A stretch of 27,237 nt of DNA from Phycisphaerales bacterium (GTDB lineage: Bacteria; Planctomycetota; Phycisphaerae; Phycisphaerales; SM1A02): positions 1 to 27,237 of the forward strand of contig JBILWQ010000001.1 of assembly GCA_044369805.1 (NCBI GenBank), in the 5' to 3' direction. The notes beneath the pieces are model-generated. The model did no database searches, had not been told where the DNA came from, and saw only the letters and a list, made by a program, of their open reading frames with translations. Positions 16,431 to 25,325 of the stretch are shown piece after piece (the first letter of the stretch is position 1; each line of letters starts with the position of its first letter). Position numbers and translations under genes: made by a program.

Positions 16431-17153
16431 ATGGCCGACTCGATCGTGGTGGATTTCCGGAGACCCGTGCCCCTCTTCCCGCTGGGGGAGACGGTGCTGC
16501 TGCCCCACGCGGTGCAGGGGCTGCACGTCTTCGAGCCTCGCTACCGGCAGATGGTGGAGGCCTGCCTGGCCGAGACCGGTGGCGGTTCCGTGCTCTCCGC
16601 GAGGCCGATCGCCTTGGCCACGGTGGATTCGACGGTTCGAGGCCGCCGACCTTCGCTGCCGGAACTGCGGCCCGCGGTCTGCGTGGGCCAGATCATCCGC
16701 CATGAGCGACTGGCCGATGGCCGCCACAACATCGTGCTGCATGGCGTGTGTCGGGCCAGGATCGTGGAGATGGTCGAGCCTGGAGGGCAGCGACTCTACC
16801 GCGAGGCGGTGCTGCGGCCCCTGGAGCCACCCGGCCGCGCGGCACCGCACATGCCGCAGACGCGGCGCATGCTGCGGGAGATGCTTCAGCGACCGAGCGT
16901 CCGAAGGCTGGCGAGCGTGAAGGCGGTGACCGCGTGGGCCGAGCGGGGCGACCTCCCGACGCACGCGGTGATCGAGGTGATCGGCGCCGCCCTGGTGCAG
17001 GACGAGGCCTCGCGCTACGCCCTGCTTGCGTGCGATGATCCGTGGGCCCGGGCCCGGCTGGTGGCCGAGGCGATTCACCGGCTCGAACGCGTGGTCACCG
17101 GCGCGGAGCGGCAGAAGCCCGGGACCTGGCCCAAGGGGCTGAGCTGGAACTGA
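16431..17153 (+). CDS. Stand-alone Lon protease N-terminal (substrate-binding) domain protein
   Basis: VPLFPLGETVLLPHAVQGLHVFEPRYRQMVEACL, VCVGQIIRHERLADGRHNIVLHGVCRARI. No AAA+ or protease domain. Confidence 0.9.
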   Translation: MADSIVVDFRRPVPLFPLGETVLLPHAVQGLHVFEPRYRQMVEACLAETGGGSVLSARPIALATVDSTVRGRRPSLPELRPAVCVGQIIRHERLADGRHNIVLHGVCRARIVEMVEPGGQRLYREAVLRPLEPPGRAAPHMPQTRRMLREMLQRPSVRRLASVKAVTAWAERGDLPTHAVIEVIGAALVQDEASRYALLACDDPWARARLVAEAIHRLERVVTGAERQKPGTWPKGLSWN

Positions 17154-17156
17154 GCC

Positions 17157-17627
17157 ATGCGGCACTGGCTGCTCAAGACCGAACCCGACGTCTACTCGAT
17201 CGACGACCTTCGCGCCGATGGTCGCACGGACTGGGACCGCATCCGCAACCATCAGGTGAAGCTCTTTCTTCGCGACGCGATGGCCCAGGGTGACCGCTGC
17301 CTCATCTACCACTCGAATGCGGAGCCCACGGGCGTGGTGGGCACGGCCGTGGTGTGCGGCGAGGCCGTGCCCGATGCCACCCAGTTCCGCAAGGCCGACG
17401 AGGGCTTCGAGCCCCGCGCCACGCGAGAGGCGCCCGTCTGGTGGGCCCGTCCGATCCGCTTCGAGAGCCGCTTCGAGCGATGCGTGGAACTGGCCGAGCT
17501 CCGCGGGGAACCTCGGCTTCGCGGCCTGGCCACGCTCAAGCGAGGCAACCGCCTGAGCGTGACGCCCGTCACCGCCGCGGAGTTCGCCTGCATCGAAGCC
17601 ATGGGCGGCCGTGTCCGGCGCGGGTAG
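17157..17627 (+). CDS. EVE domain-containing protein
   Basis: HWLLKTEPDVYSIDDL, WDRIRNHQ, MAQGDRCLIYHSN, PDATQF, RGNRLSVTPV. Confidence 0.93.
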   Translation: MRHWLLKTEPDVYSIDDLRADGRTDWDRIRNHQVKLFLRDAMAQGDRCLIYHSNAEPTGVVGTAVVCGEAVPDATQFRKADEGFEPRATREAPVWWARPIRFESRFERCVELAELRGEPRLRGLATLKRGNRLSVTPVTAAEFACIEAMGGRVRRG

Positions 17628-17660
17628 GCTGTCGCCGCGCGGACGCGCAAGGAGGCTTCC

Positions 17661-18227
17661 ATGGGTGGCGTGCTCATCGTGGTGCTGATCGTGCTGGGGA
17701 TGATCGTGGTCGCCCTCCTGTGGGGCGTCGGCGTCTACAACAACCTGCAGCGGTCCCGCATCGGTGCGGAGGGCGCGTTCGCGGACATCGACGTGGAGCT
17801 GCGGCGTCGGCATGACCTGGTGCCCAATCTGGTGGAGACCGTGAAGGGCTACGCCGCGCACGAGCGTCAGACCCTGGAGTCCGTCATGCAGGCGAGGGCC
17901 GCGGCCATGAACGCGAAGGACCTGAACGGGCGCATCGAGGCCGAAGGGGCGCTGACCCGGGGCCTGGGCCGGCTGCTCGCGGTGGCCGAGGCCTATCCCA
18001 CGCTCAAGGCGGATGGCGGCTTCATGCGGCTCCAGGGCGAGCTCTCCGACACCGAGAACCGGATCGCGGGCCGACGCAACGGCTTCAACGCGGCCGCCGG
18101 CAGCTTCAACGAGACGCTGGCGGTGTTCCCCAACAACCTGGTGGGCGGTCTCTTCGGCTTTCGTCCGATCGACTTCCTGAAGGAGGCCGACGAGGCCGTT
18201 CGCACCGCGCCGAAGGTGTCGTTCTAG
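17661..18227 (+). CDS. lemA: LemA family protein
   Basis: N-terminal TM, YNNL, IDVELRRRHDLVPNLVETVKGYAAHE, VAEAYPTLKA, TENRIAGRRNGFN, FPNNLVG. RBS GGAGG. Confidence 0.95.
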   Translation: MGGVLIVVLIVLGMIVVALLWGVGVYNNLQRSRIGAEGAFADIDVELRRRHDLVPNLVETVKGYAAHERQTLESVMQARAAAMNAKDLNGRIEAEGALTRGLGRLLAVAEAYPTLKADGGFMRLQGELSDTENRIAGRRNGFNAAAGSFNETLAVFPNNLVGGLFGFRPIDFLKEADEAVRTAPKVSF

Positions 18228-18229
18228 GC

Positions 18230-19255
18230 ATGGCCCGCGAACGGCTGGTCTCTGCCGAGGAGCGTCCGGAGGAGAGCGAGGCCCTGGCTTCGCCCGCCCT
18301 GCGTCCGCAGCGGCTGGCCGATTACGTGGGGCAGCGTGAGCTGGTCGAGCGGGTTCGCATCGCGGTGCAGGCCGCTCGGGCGAGGCAGGAACCCGTGGAC
18401 CACGTGCTGCTGCACGGACCTCCTGGTCTGGGCAAGACCACGCTGGCGCACGTGATCGCGGCGGAGATGGGCACCCGCGCGGTGGTGACGAGCGGACCCG
18501 CGCTGACCAAGGCGGGGGACCTGGTTGGCACACTCACGCGGTTGGGCGCCGGTGACGTGCTCTTCATCGACGAGATTCACCGGTTGCCCGCGGCGGTCGA
18601 GGAGTACATCTACCCCGCCATGGAGGAGTACCGGGTGGATTTCACCGTGGATCAGGGCATGCACGCCCGCATGGTGACCCTGCCGCTCAAGCCGTTCACG
18701 CTCATCGGTGCCACCACTCGCGCCGGCCTGCTCACGCAGGCGCTCCGGAGCCGCTTCGGCCTGGCGCACCACCTGGACTTCTACGCCCAGGACGAGATCG
18801 AGCGCATCCTGGCGCGGGCGGCGGAGCGACTGGGCCTGAAGGCCGAGACCGCGGCGCTGGCCACGCTGGCCACGCGCAGCCGTGGCACGCCGCGCGTGGC
18901 CCTTCGGCTGCTTCGCCGCGTGCGTGACTGGTCGCAGGTGAGGAGCGCGGGCCGCATCGATGGTGCCGCCGTGGCCGCGGGTCTGGAGCTGGAGGGCGTG
19001 GACGCCTTCGGTCTGGACGAACTGGATCGCGCCTATCTTCGGACCCTGGCCCGCACCTACAAGGGTGGACCCGTGGGTCTGGAGACGCTGGCGGCCACGC
19101 TGGGCGAGGATGCCGACACGCTCGAGGATCTGGTGGAGCCCTTCCTGCTCCGCACGGGCCTGCTGGCCCGGACGCGGCAGGGGCGAAGGCTCACCGCCGC
19201 CGGCGCCGAGCGCGTGGGGGAGCGGCTCCCCGACGGCGCCCCCTTCGGCGAGTGA
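18230..19255 (+). CDS. ruvB: Holliday junction branch migration ATPase RuvB
   Basis: LRPQRLADYVGQ, Walker A GPPGLGKTT, Walker B LFIDEIHRL, FTLIGATTRAG, RSRGTPR, GGPVGLETLA, VEPFLL...RTRQGR. Confidence 0.97.
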   Translation: MARERLVSAEERPEESEALASPALRPQRLADYVGQRELVERVRIAVQAARARQEPVDHVLLHGPPGLGKTTLAHVIAAEMGTRAVVTSGPALTKAGDLVGTLTRLGAGDVLFIDEIHRLPAAVEEYIYPAMEEYRVDFTVDQGMHARMVTLPLKPFTLIGATTRAGLLTQALRSRFGLAHHLDFYAQDEIERILARAAERLGLKAETAALATLATRSRGTPRVALRLLRRVRDWSQVRSAGRIDGAAVAAGLELEGVDAFGLDELDRAYLRTLARTYKGGPVGLETLAATLGEDADTLEDLVEPFLLRTGLLARTRQGRRLTAAGAERVGERLPDGAPFGE

Positions 19256-19259
19256 GGAT

Positions 19260-22200
19260 TCAGAAGGCGTTGTTGAGTCCCGACCACGGGCCGCCCATGG
19301 CACCCTGGTCCGCGGCGTTCAGGTTGCCCGTGCCCAACCCCCGACCTCCGGCTGCGGGAATGGAGAACTGCAGGCCGAAGGAGTACTGATCCGTGATCAC
19401 GCTGTACCCCACGTTCGCCCCGAGATTGAAGTCGGGGAAGGTGCGCACCAGCGAGGCGCTCATGGCCCGAAGGTCGCCCTGCCCGAGATCGATCTGCGGG
19501 CTGGCCGAGAGCGAGTAGAGCTTGCCGATCTGGTAGGTCACGCCGGGCTGCAGCAGCTCGTCGTTGGGATAGATCGCGCTGTTGTAGAAGTTGTTGATCA
19601 TCCGGTACTCGCAGAAGAAGGCGACGTCCGGCGAGTGCTGCAGGTTCAGGCCGACCGAGCCGCGGGCGAAGTTGTCCTGTCCGGCGTTCTGCGCGGTGTT
19701 GCGGTCCTCGAAGAGCAGGGTGGTGCTGCCGTATGCCGTCAGGGTGCTGGAGAGTGCCCACGTGGAGCGTGCGTAGGCGTGGTTGCCCCACTGGGAGAGT
19801 TCGGGTCGCCACGTGAAGAACTGCGGGGTCGGGCTCTGGTAGTAGGCCACGTTGCCCAGGCCGTTGGCGGGCCGCTGGAAGTTCGCGTCGTCGTTGTTCA
19901 CCACCGCGCCGAAGTCGAGCATGATCCAGTCCACGCTGCGCCAGTTGCCGGGACCGCCCCGATAGGTCTGCCATCGTTGCGTGAGGCCCACCTGGGCCAC
20001 GGCTGCGCCGGTCTGGCCCTCCACATCCTGGTCGAAGATGGGGTACTGCCCGTTGTCGCCGGTGTCGTAGCCGCCCCAGAGCACCGCGTTGGGTTGCAGC
20101 ACCCACCGCAGCCGGTTCAGGTCGAGCGTGGAGCTCTGGACCTGCCCGAATTCCTGGCTGAACTCGGCGCTGGCCCGCGCACCGCCGCCGAAGACACCGC
20201 GGGCCACGCCACCCGGCCCGCCCGGCCCCACCGTGGCCGTGCGGTAGTCCTGGAAGTCGTTCAGCATGTAGCCGATCAGCGAACCCGAGGCGAAGGGTGT
20301 CACCTTCACCATGTCCCAGTCGAGCGGGGCGGCCAGCTCATGCCGCGTGTAGCCGCGGATGTAGGTCTCCTCGTTGTAGCCCTGCGAGGTGTACAGGTTG
20401 CCGATGCTCGAGTTGGCGTTGATGCCGGTCGCGAACGCATCCGCCTGCGCGGCCAGCGGATCGGTGAGCCCGTTGGGCGTGCCGCGCTCCAGCTGCATGG
20501 ACATGCCGTTGGCCGAGTACTCCTGGGTCCAGGTGAAGCTGCCGTCGAAGAGCGAATCCCCGTAGCGCCGGTAGGTGGCCTCGGGGTACTTCGCCACGCT
20601 GTAGGGCCGGCTGGCCAGCATCCAGCTGTTGATCACGTAGCGGTCCAGGTCGTACTTGACCAGCGTGTCGAACGCGGTGTGGTTGGACTGGAGCTTCACG
20701 AAGCCGCTGGTCTCGTACTCGCGGCGGTTCATGAAGTCGATGGGCTTGAACGTGCTCACGAACGCGCCGTCGCTGGTCCACGCCAGCTGCCCCTGAAGCA
20801 GCGAGGTGCGGTCGAGGGCCACCGTGGTCCCACCATCGATCAGGCCTCGCCATTCGAGCGGCGAGACGTATTCCACGCCGGAGGAACTCTGCTCGGTGTT
20901 CTGGAAGTCGTAGAAGCCGTAGAGGTTCAGGTCGCCCGGCGTGCCGGTGAGGCGAAGCCCCAGGCCGATGCCGTTCTTGGAATAGATGTCGTTCCCCAGT
21001 TCGGCACCCATGTCGAACGGGGGCTTCCACCCCACCAGCTGCCACAGATCCCAACGTGTGCCCACGGTGACGCCCTGGTACTCGTTGAAGCCCACCTGCA
21101 CCTGGGGCAGCAGCGGTCGATCCGCGTCGCCGCGGAGGTAGGGCCAGTAGAAGAAGGGCACGCTGCCAGCGCGCATGGTGATGTGCGAGGCCTCGAGCGT
21201 GGTCGTGGGATCGTCCGCCGGTCCCTTGGAGATGGTCACGCGGCTGGCGCCCACCGACAGGTGGGGTCGGTAGAACTCGCTGAGCGACACGCTGGCGTCG
21301 CGGGCCTCGAACTGGTCCTTGGCCACCTGCCGGACTTCCGCGGCGCGGGCGATCACGGGAATTCCGCTTCGCATGGAGGTCCGCAGCACCGCCTGCAGTG
21401 CGGCGGCGCGTCCGGTGGTGACGTCGTAGTACACCTGCCCGCCGCGCATGGCGTAGGCGCCATCCGTCGCTGTCACGTCGCCCTCAAGGTAGACGCCCTC
21501 CACCAGCCCCGCATCGAGCTGGCCCGCGCCTTCGCGGATGCCCCGGGCCGAGCCTGGCCGAAGGAAGATGACGGCGCGCTCCGCGGCCAGGCGCATCTCG
21601 CCCGACTTGAGCGATGGATCGCGGGCCATGATGTCCACCTGTGCGCCGCCAGTGACGGTGACAAGGTCCTGCTTCTCGTCCAGGTGCGTCTCCCGGCCTG
21701 CGAAGGTCACGACATCGCCCTTGCGGAACGCGGGGGTGCCGGAGGCGGGCAGTTGCACCGCCCCCGGTGTGGCCGGAGCCGCGGGGGTGGATGGGGCCGG
21801 GGCGGTCGAGGCCTGCTGCACCTGCAGGTCGGGCTCCTTCGGTGGAACGGGCCGATCGACCTGCGGCTGCACGCGCATCGAGGCGGGTCCCGCGGCGATC
21901 GATCGCAGGTGCTCCGCCAGACGGGCGTCGGCCGGACCGGTCACCACGGGGCCCGGCGAGCGGTCCTCCACCACGGGGGTGGCCAGCTTGACCTGTCCGC
22001 GGAACGAGGCCGTGACCAGCACGTTGCGCCCCTCGACGCCCAGGCCGGCGCCTCGCGTGGGCTCGGTCACCTCGGGGAACCACGCGGCCATCTGGGTGAT
22101 CACCCCTTCGGCCGAGGGGATGCGGTTGATCCACACCACGGCGCTGGCCGCGCCGAAGTTGTAGCCGCCGATCGTCATGCGGACATCGCCGTCGATCGCG

Positions 22201-22415
22201 AGCCGCTGGGTGTCATCCACCTTCCACCGGAAGGCCCGCGTGGCACGGATGGAAAGATCGCCCTTCACGGGCACGATGGGCAGCACGAAGCCGCTCAGTC
22301 GGTCTCCGGAGATCGGGGCGTCGCGCAGACCCGCCTGGCTCGGGGGCGGAGCAAGGTCCGGCGAACCCGCGGCCAGCAGCACCGGCAGGATCAGCGGCAG
22401 CAGTCGGCGCGTCAC
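19260..22415 (-). CDS. Large outer-membrane beta-barrel protein, LptD (LPS assembly)-like
   Basis: Signal peptide. OstA-like segment VYLEGDV...GGQVYYDVTTGRA, ITMRAGSVPFFYWPYL (LptD-type), long C-terminal alternating aromatic beta strands, terminal Phe. Assignment by pattern only. Confidence 0.7.
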   Translation of the reverse strand: MTRRLLPLILPVLLAAGSPDLAPPPSQAGLRDAPISGDRLSGFVLPIVPVKGDLSIRATRAFRWKVDDTQRLAIDGDVRMTIGGYNFGAASAVVWINRIPSAEGVITQMAAWFPEVTEPTRGAGLGVEGRNVLVTASFRGQVKLATPVVEDRSPGPVVTGPADARLAEHLRSIAAGPASMRVQPQVDRPVPPKEPDLQVQQASTAPAPSTPAAPATPGAVQLPASGTPAFRKGDVVTFAGRETHLDEKQDLVTVTGGAQVDIMARDPSLKSGEMRLAAERAVIFLRPGSARGIREGAGQLDAGLVEGVYLEGDVTATDGAYAMRGGQVYYDVTTGRAAALQAVLRTSMRSGIPVIARAAEVRQVAKDQFEARDASVSLSEFYRPHLSVGASRVTISKGPADDPTTTLEASHITMRAGSVPFFYWPYLRGDADRPLLPQVQVGFNEYQGVTVGTRWDLWQLVGWKPPFDMGAELGNDIYSKNGIGLGLRLTGTPGDLNLYGFYDFQNTEQSSSGVEYVSPLEWRGLIDGGTTVALDRTSLLQGQLAWTSDGAFVSTFKPIDFMNRREYETSGFVKLQSNHTAFDTLVKYDLDRYVINSWMLASRPYSVAKYPEATYRRYGDSLFDGSFTWTQEYSANGMSMQLERGTPNGLTDPLAAQADAFATGINANSSIGNLYTSQGYNEETYIRGYTRHELAAPLDWDMVKVTPFASGSLIGYMLNDFQDYRTATVGPGGPGGVARGVFGGGARASAEFSQEFGQVQSSTLDLNRLRWVLQPNAVLWGGYDTGDNGQYPIFDQDVEGQTGAAVAQVGLTQRWQTYRGGPGNWRSVDWIMLDFGAVVNNDDANFQRPANGLGNVAYYQSPTPQFFTWRPELSQWGNHAYARSTWALSSTLTAYGSTTLLFEDRNTAQNAGQDNFARGSVGLNLQHSPDVAFFCEYRMINNFYNSAIYPNDELLQPGVTYQIGKLYSLSASPQIDLGQGDLRAMSASLVRTFPDFNLGANVGYSVITDQYSFGLQFSIPAAGGRGLGTGNLNAADQGAMGGPWSGLNNAF

Positions 22416-22443
22416 GCGAGCATGCTACCGGCCGTGATCGGCT

Positions 22444-23412
22444 TCAGCCGCGCCAGGCCGGTGGGGCGGCAAGCATGGCGTGCACCTCGCGAGCCAGCGA
22501 GGCCAGCACCCAGCAGGCGACGGCAGTGCCGGCGAAGGCGGCGGCCGCGACCGGGTGATCCAGCGATGCGCACCACGCCGCCGCCGTGGCGGGAGGCGAT
22601 GCCACCAGCGCGCGATGCAGGAGCAGGGCGGCATCCTCGCGGGCCGGAGCCTGTGCCGCGGCCCGGAGCAGCCAGCCGAACCAGCCCAGTGCCAGCAGCG
22701 GCAGCAGGGCCAGCCAGGGCCGGTCCGCGGGTGGCCACGGATCTGCGCCGCGCCTCCACTGCAGCCAGAGGAGTCCCGCCACGCACGCCAGGGAGAGCAT
22801 GGCCAGCAGAAGGCTGCCTTGCGTGTCCAGGGGTGGACGCTTCCCCAGCCGACGGTGGGCAAGCGTTCCAGTCAGCGTGGCTTGCGCCAGCAGCAGGGCC
22901 GCGGGCATGGTGAAGGGCTGCCCTGGCCACGGGATGAACATGGCGCCGGCATGCGCCAGGCCCATCATGGGGATGCCGAGTGCCGGCAGGTGGCGCCCGA
23001 TCAGGTTCCACGCCACCAGGCCCGCCGCGGCCAGCAGCGCGACGCGGAGCGAGTCGTCGCCGAAGAGCGCAGCCGCCAGCAGCGCCGTGACGAGCGAGCC
23101 GAAGGTGATGAGCGTGGCATGCGAGGTGCGCATGCGGCCGGCGGGCAGCGGTCGGCCCGGATTGGTGGCCTGGTCGCGTCGCTGGTCCAGGAGGTCATTC
23201 ATGCCCGCGGCGAAACCAAGCATGCCGCCACCCACGAGCCCTGCCAGCAGCAGGGTGAGCCACAGGTCCAGCGTCGCCACGGGCCGGTCCGCTGCATCCG
23301 CGTTCCAGCGGGCCAGCAGCGACGCCAGCCACAGGTCGCTGCCCACGGCCAGGGCCAGGGGCAGTCGGACCAGCTGCAGCACCGAGAGCGCCTTGAGCAT
23401 CAGGGCCCGCAT
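22444..23412 (-). CDS. UbiA prenyltransferase family membrane protein
   Basis: Asp-rich motif GMNDLLDQRRDQATNPGRPLPAGRM and multiple TM helices. ATG 23412 (TAGCAT 7 nt upstream) or ATG 23421. Confidence 0.8.
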   Translation of the reverse strand: MRALMLKALSVLQLVRLPLALAVGSDLWLASLLARWNADAADRPVATLDLWLTLLLAGLVGGGMLGFAAGMNDLLDQRRDQATNPGRPLPAGRMRTSHATLITFGSLVTALLAAALFGDDSLRVALLAAAGLVAWNLIGRHLPALGIPMMGLAHAGAMFIPWPGQPFTMPAALLLAQATLTGTLAHRRLGKRPPLDTQGSLLLAMLSLACVAGLLWLQWRRGADPWPPADRPWLALLPLLALGWFGWLLRAAAQAPAREDAALLLHRALVASPPATAAAWCASLDHPVAAAAFAGTAVACWVLASLAREVHAMLAAPPAWRG

Positions 23413-23419
23413 CGCCGCC

Positions 23420-23461
23420 ATGCTAGGCGCTTTGCAGGAAGGGTCCGCCGCTTCCTACCAT
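23420..23461. promoter_or_regulatory. Divergent promoters for the ubiA-family gene (TAGCAT, minus strand, 23420-23425) and ribH-nusB-ftsY (TTGCAG 23432-23437, 18-nt spacer, TACCAT 23456-23461)
   Basis: Sigma70-like hexamers at leaderless-type spacing from both start codons. Confidence 0.55.
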
Positions 23462-23469
23462 CCCCCCTC

Positions 23470-23955
23470 ATGCGCCGCGCCGAAGAACCCCGTGCTGGAA
23501 ACCTGGCCGCAGGCGTGCGCGTGACGATCGTCGCGAGCGACTACCACCGCGAGATCCACGAACGGCTGCTGGCGGGCGCTTGTGCCGCCTTCGCGCAGGC
23601 GGGTGGGGCGCCGGCCGATCTCCGCATCGTGGTGGTGGACGGCGTGTACGACCTTCCGGCGCCCGTGGCCGAGGCCATCCGTCAGGGGGCGAATGCGGTG
23701 GTGACGCTGGGCTGCGTGGTCCGCGGCGAGACGCGCCACGATCGCCACATCGTGGATGCCGTCTTCACCACCCTGGCCGGGGTGGCCGCGGCGCACGCGG
23801 TGCCGGTGGCCGTGGGGATCCTCACCGTCGAGACGCTCAAGCAGGCGCGGCAGCGGGCCGGTGGCGAGAAGGGCGATGCAGGCGCCTTCGCCATGCGGGC
23901 GGCTCTCCGATCCGCCGCGGCGCTGCGCGACATGCGGAAGGACGGTGATGCGTGA
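23470..23955 (+). CDS. ribH: 6,7-dimethyl-8-ribityllumazine synthase
   Basis: TIVASDYH..I.ERLLAGA, LGCVVRGETRH, VAVGILTVET..QARQRAG. Classic ribH-nusB adjacency. The real gene is the last 161 codons of the 22480 ORF. Confidence 0.9.
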   Translation: MRRAEEPRAGNLAAGVRVTIVASDYHREIHERLLAGACAAFAQAGGAPADLRIVVVDGVYDLPAPVAEAIRQGANAVVTLGCVVRGETRHDRHIVDAVFTTLAGVAAAHAVPVAVGILTVETLKQARQRAGGEKGDAGAFAMRAALRSAAALRDMRKDGDA

Positions 23956-24365
23956 GGCAGGGGATCGAGATCCGTCGCTGTGCGCTGCAGGCCATGTACG
24001 AGCTGGATCAGGGCGGTTCCGAGGCCTCGCTCGCGGGGCACTTTGCCGACGAGTCCGAGGCCCCGCCGGATGGTCCGGTGCTGGAGCAGGGCCGCACACT
24101 GGCCGCCATGGCCTGGGAGTTCCGTGACGAGGCCGATCGCTCGCTTGCCGAGCTGGTCAGCGACTGGCCCGTGCACCGTCAGCCCGTGGTCGACCGCAAC
24201 GTGCTTCGGCTGGCCTTCTACGAGATGAACCGTGCCGGCGTGCCGCATGCCCTGGCGATCGACCAGGCGGTGGAACTGGCCCGCGAGTTCGGCGGCGAGC
24301 GGAGCCCGGCGTTCGTCAACGCCGTGCTCGACCGCTGGTGGAAGAGCCGCGGCGGGTCGGCCTGA
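23952..24365 (+). CDS. nusB: Transcription antitermination factor NusB
   Basis: ALQAMYE, VVDRNVLRLAFYEM, AIDQAVELAREFG...SPAFVNAVLD. GTGA overlap with ribH. Confidence 0.93.
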   Translation: MRQGIEIRRCALQAMYELDQGGSEASLAGHFADESEAPPDGPVLEQGRTLAAMAWEFRDEADRSLAELVSDWPVHRQPVVDRNVLRLAFYEMNRAGVPHALAIDQAVELAREFGGERSPAFVNAVLDRWWKSRGGSA

Positions 24366-25297
24366 TGTTTCGCAAGGCGATCGAGGCCCTGAAGCGGGGG
24401 GTGCAGCGAAGCGCGCAGGCCCTGGGCGGGGGCGTGCGGGCCCTGCTCATGGGGCGGAACCTGGACGAGGCGCTCATCGACCGGCTGGAGACGGCGCTGG
24501 TGTCCGCGGACGTGGGCGTGACCGTGGCCCGTGATCTGGTCGAGGAGGTGCGGCGGGAGTTCCGCGCGGGCCGCGTGACGCAGGGCGCGCAGGCGATCGA
24601 CATCCTGAAGTCGCGGCTCAAGGCGAGGCTGCGCGGCGGGGACCTGGCCCTCGCGAAGGCGCCCTCGGGTCCCACCGTGGTGCTGGTGGTGGGCGTGAAC
24701 GGTTCCGGCAAGACGACCAGCGTGGCGAAGATCGCCAAGGCGCTGCGCGATCAGGGTCGTTCGGTGCTCCTGGCGGCGGCGGACACGTTCCGCGCCGGCG
24801 CGGTGGCGCAGCTGGCCATCTGGGCCGATCGCCTGGGCGTGGACATCGTGAAGGGATCGCCCGGCGCGGATCCCGCAAGCGTGGCCTTCGATGCGGCCAC
24901 GGCCGCCCTCTCGCGCGGCGTGGACACGCTTCTGGTGGACACCGCCGGGCGCCTGCACACGCAGGAAGGTCTCATGCGCGAACTGGGCAAGATCCGCGCC
25001 GTGATCGCGAAGCGCATTCCCGGCGCGCCGCACGAGACGCTGCTGGTGCTCGACGCCACCACCGGGCAGAGTGCCATCGCGCAGGCCCGCATCTTCAAGG
25101 ACACGGCGCAGGTCACCGGGCTCTTCCTGGCGAAGCTCGATGGCACGGCCCGGGGCGGCTCGGTGGTGGCCATCCGCGAGGCCGTGGGTGTGCCGGTGAA
25201 GCTGGTCGGCGTCGGGGAGACGCCCGAGGACGTCCAGCCCTTCGATCCCGAGGCCTTCGTCGATGCCCTGTTCGAGGGCGAGATCGCGGCTGGGTGA
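24365..25297 (+). CDS. ftsY: Signal recognition particle receptor FtsY (NG domain only)
   Basis: GVNGSGKTT, AAADTFRAGA, DPASVAFDA, DTAGRLHT, LDATTGQ, KLDGTARGG, GVGETPEDVQPFD. TGATG overlap with nusB. Confidence 0.96.
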   Translation: MFRKAIEALKRGVQRSAQALGGGVRALLMGRNLDEALIDRLETALVSADVGVTVARDLVEEVRREFRAGRVTQGAQAIDILKSRLKARLRGGDLALAKAPSGPTVVLVVGVNGSGKTTSVAKIAKALRDQGRSVLLAAADTFRAGAVAQLAIWADRLGVDIVKGSPGADPASVAFDAATAALSRGVDTLLVDTAGRLHTQEGLMRELGKIRAVIAKRIPGAPHETLLVLDATTGQSAIAQARIFKDTAQVTGLFLAKLDGTARGGSVVAIREAVGVPVKLVGVGETPEDVQPFDPEAFVDALFEGEIAAG

Positions 25298-25325
25298 GTG
25301 GGCCCCGGGGACCTACCATGGTCAC

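Noticed and set aside
18960-22913. 1317-aa plus-strand ORF
   Set aside because: It is antisense to the LptD-like gene, with no motifs, and its composition is the expected shadow of a GC-rich coding strand.
22480-23469. Apparent 491-aa fusion of a novel domain to RibH
   Set aside because: The upstream 330 codons are the antisense shadow of the UbiA-family gene. RibH similarity begins at ATG 23470, which has its own promoter-like boxes.
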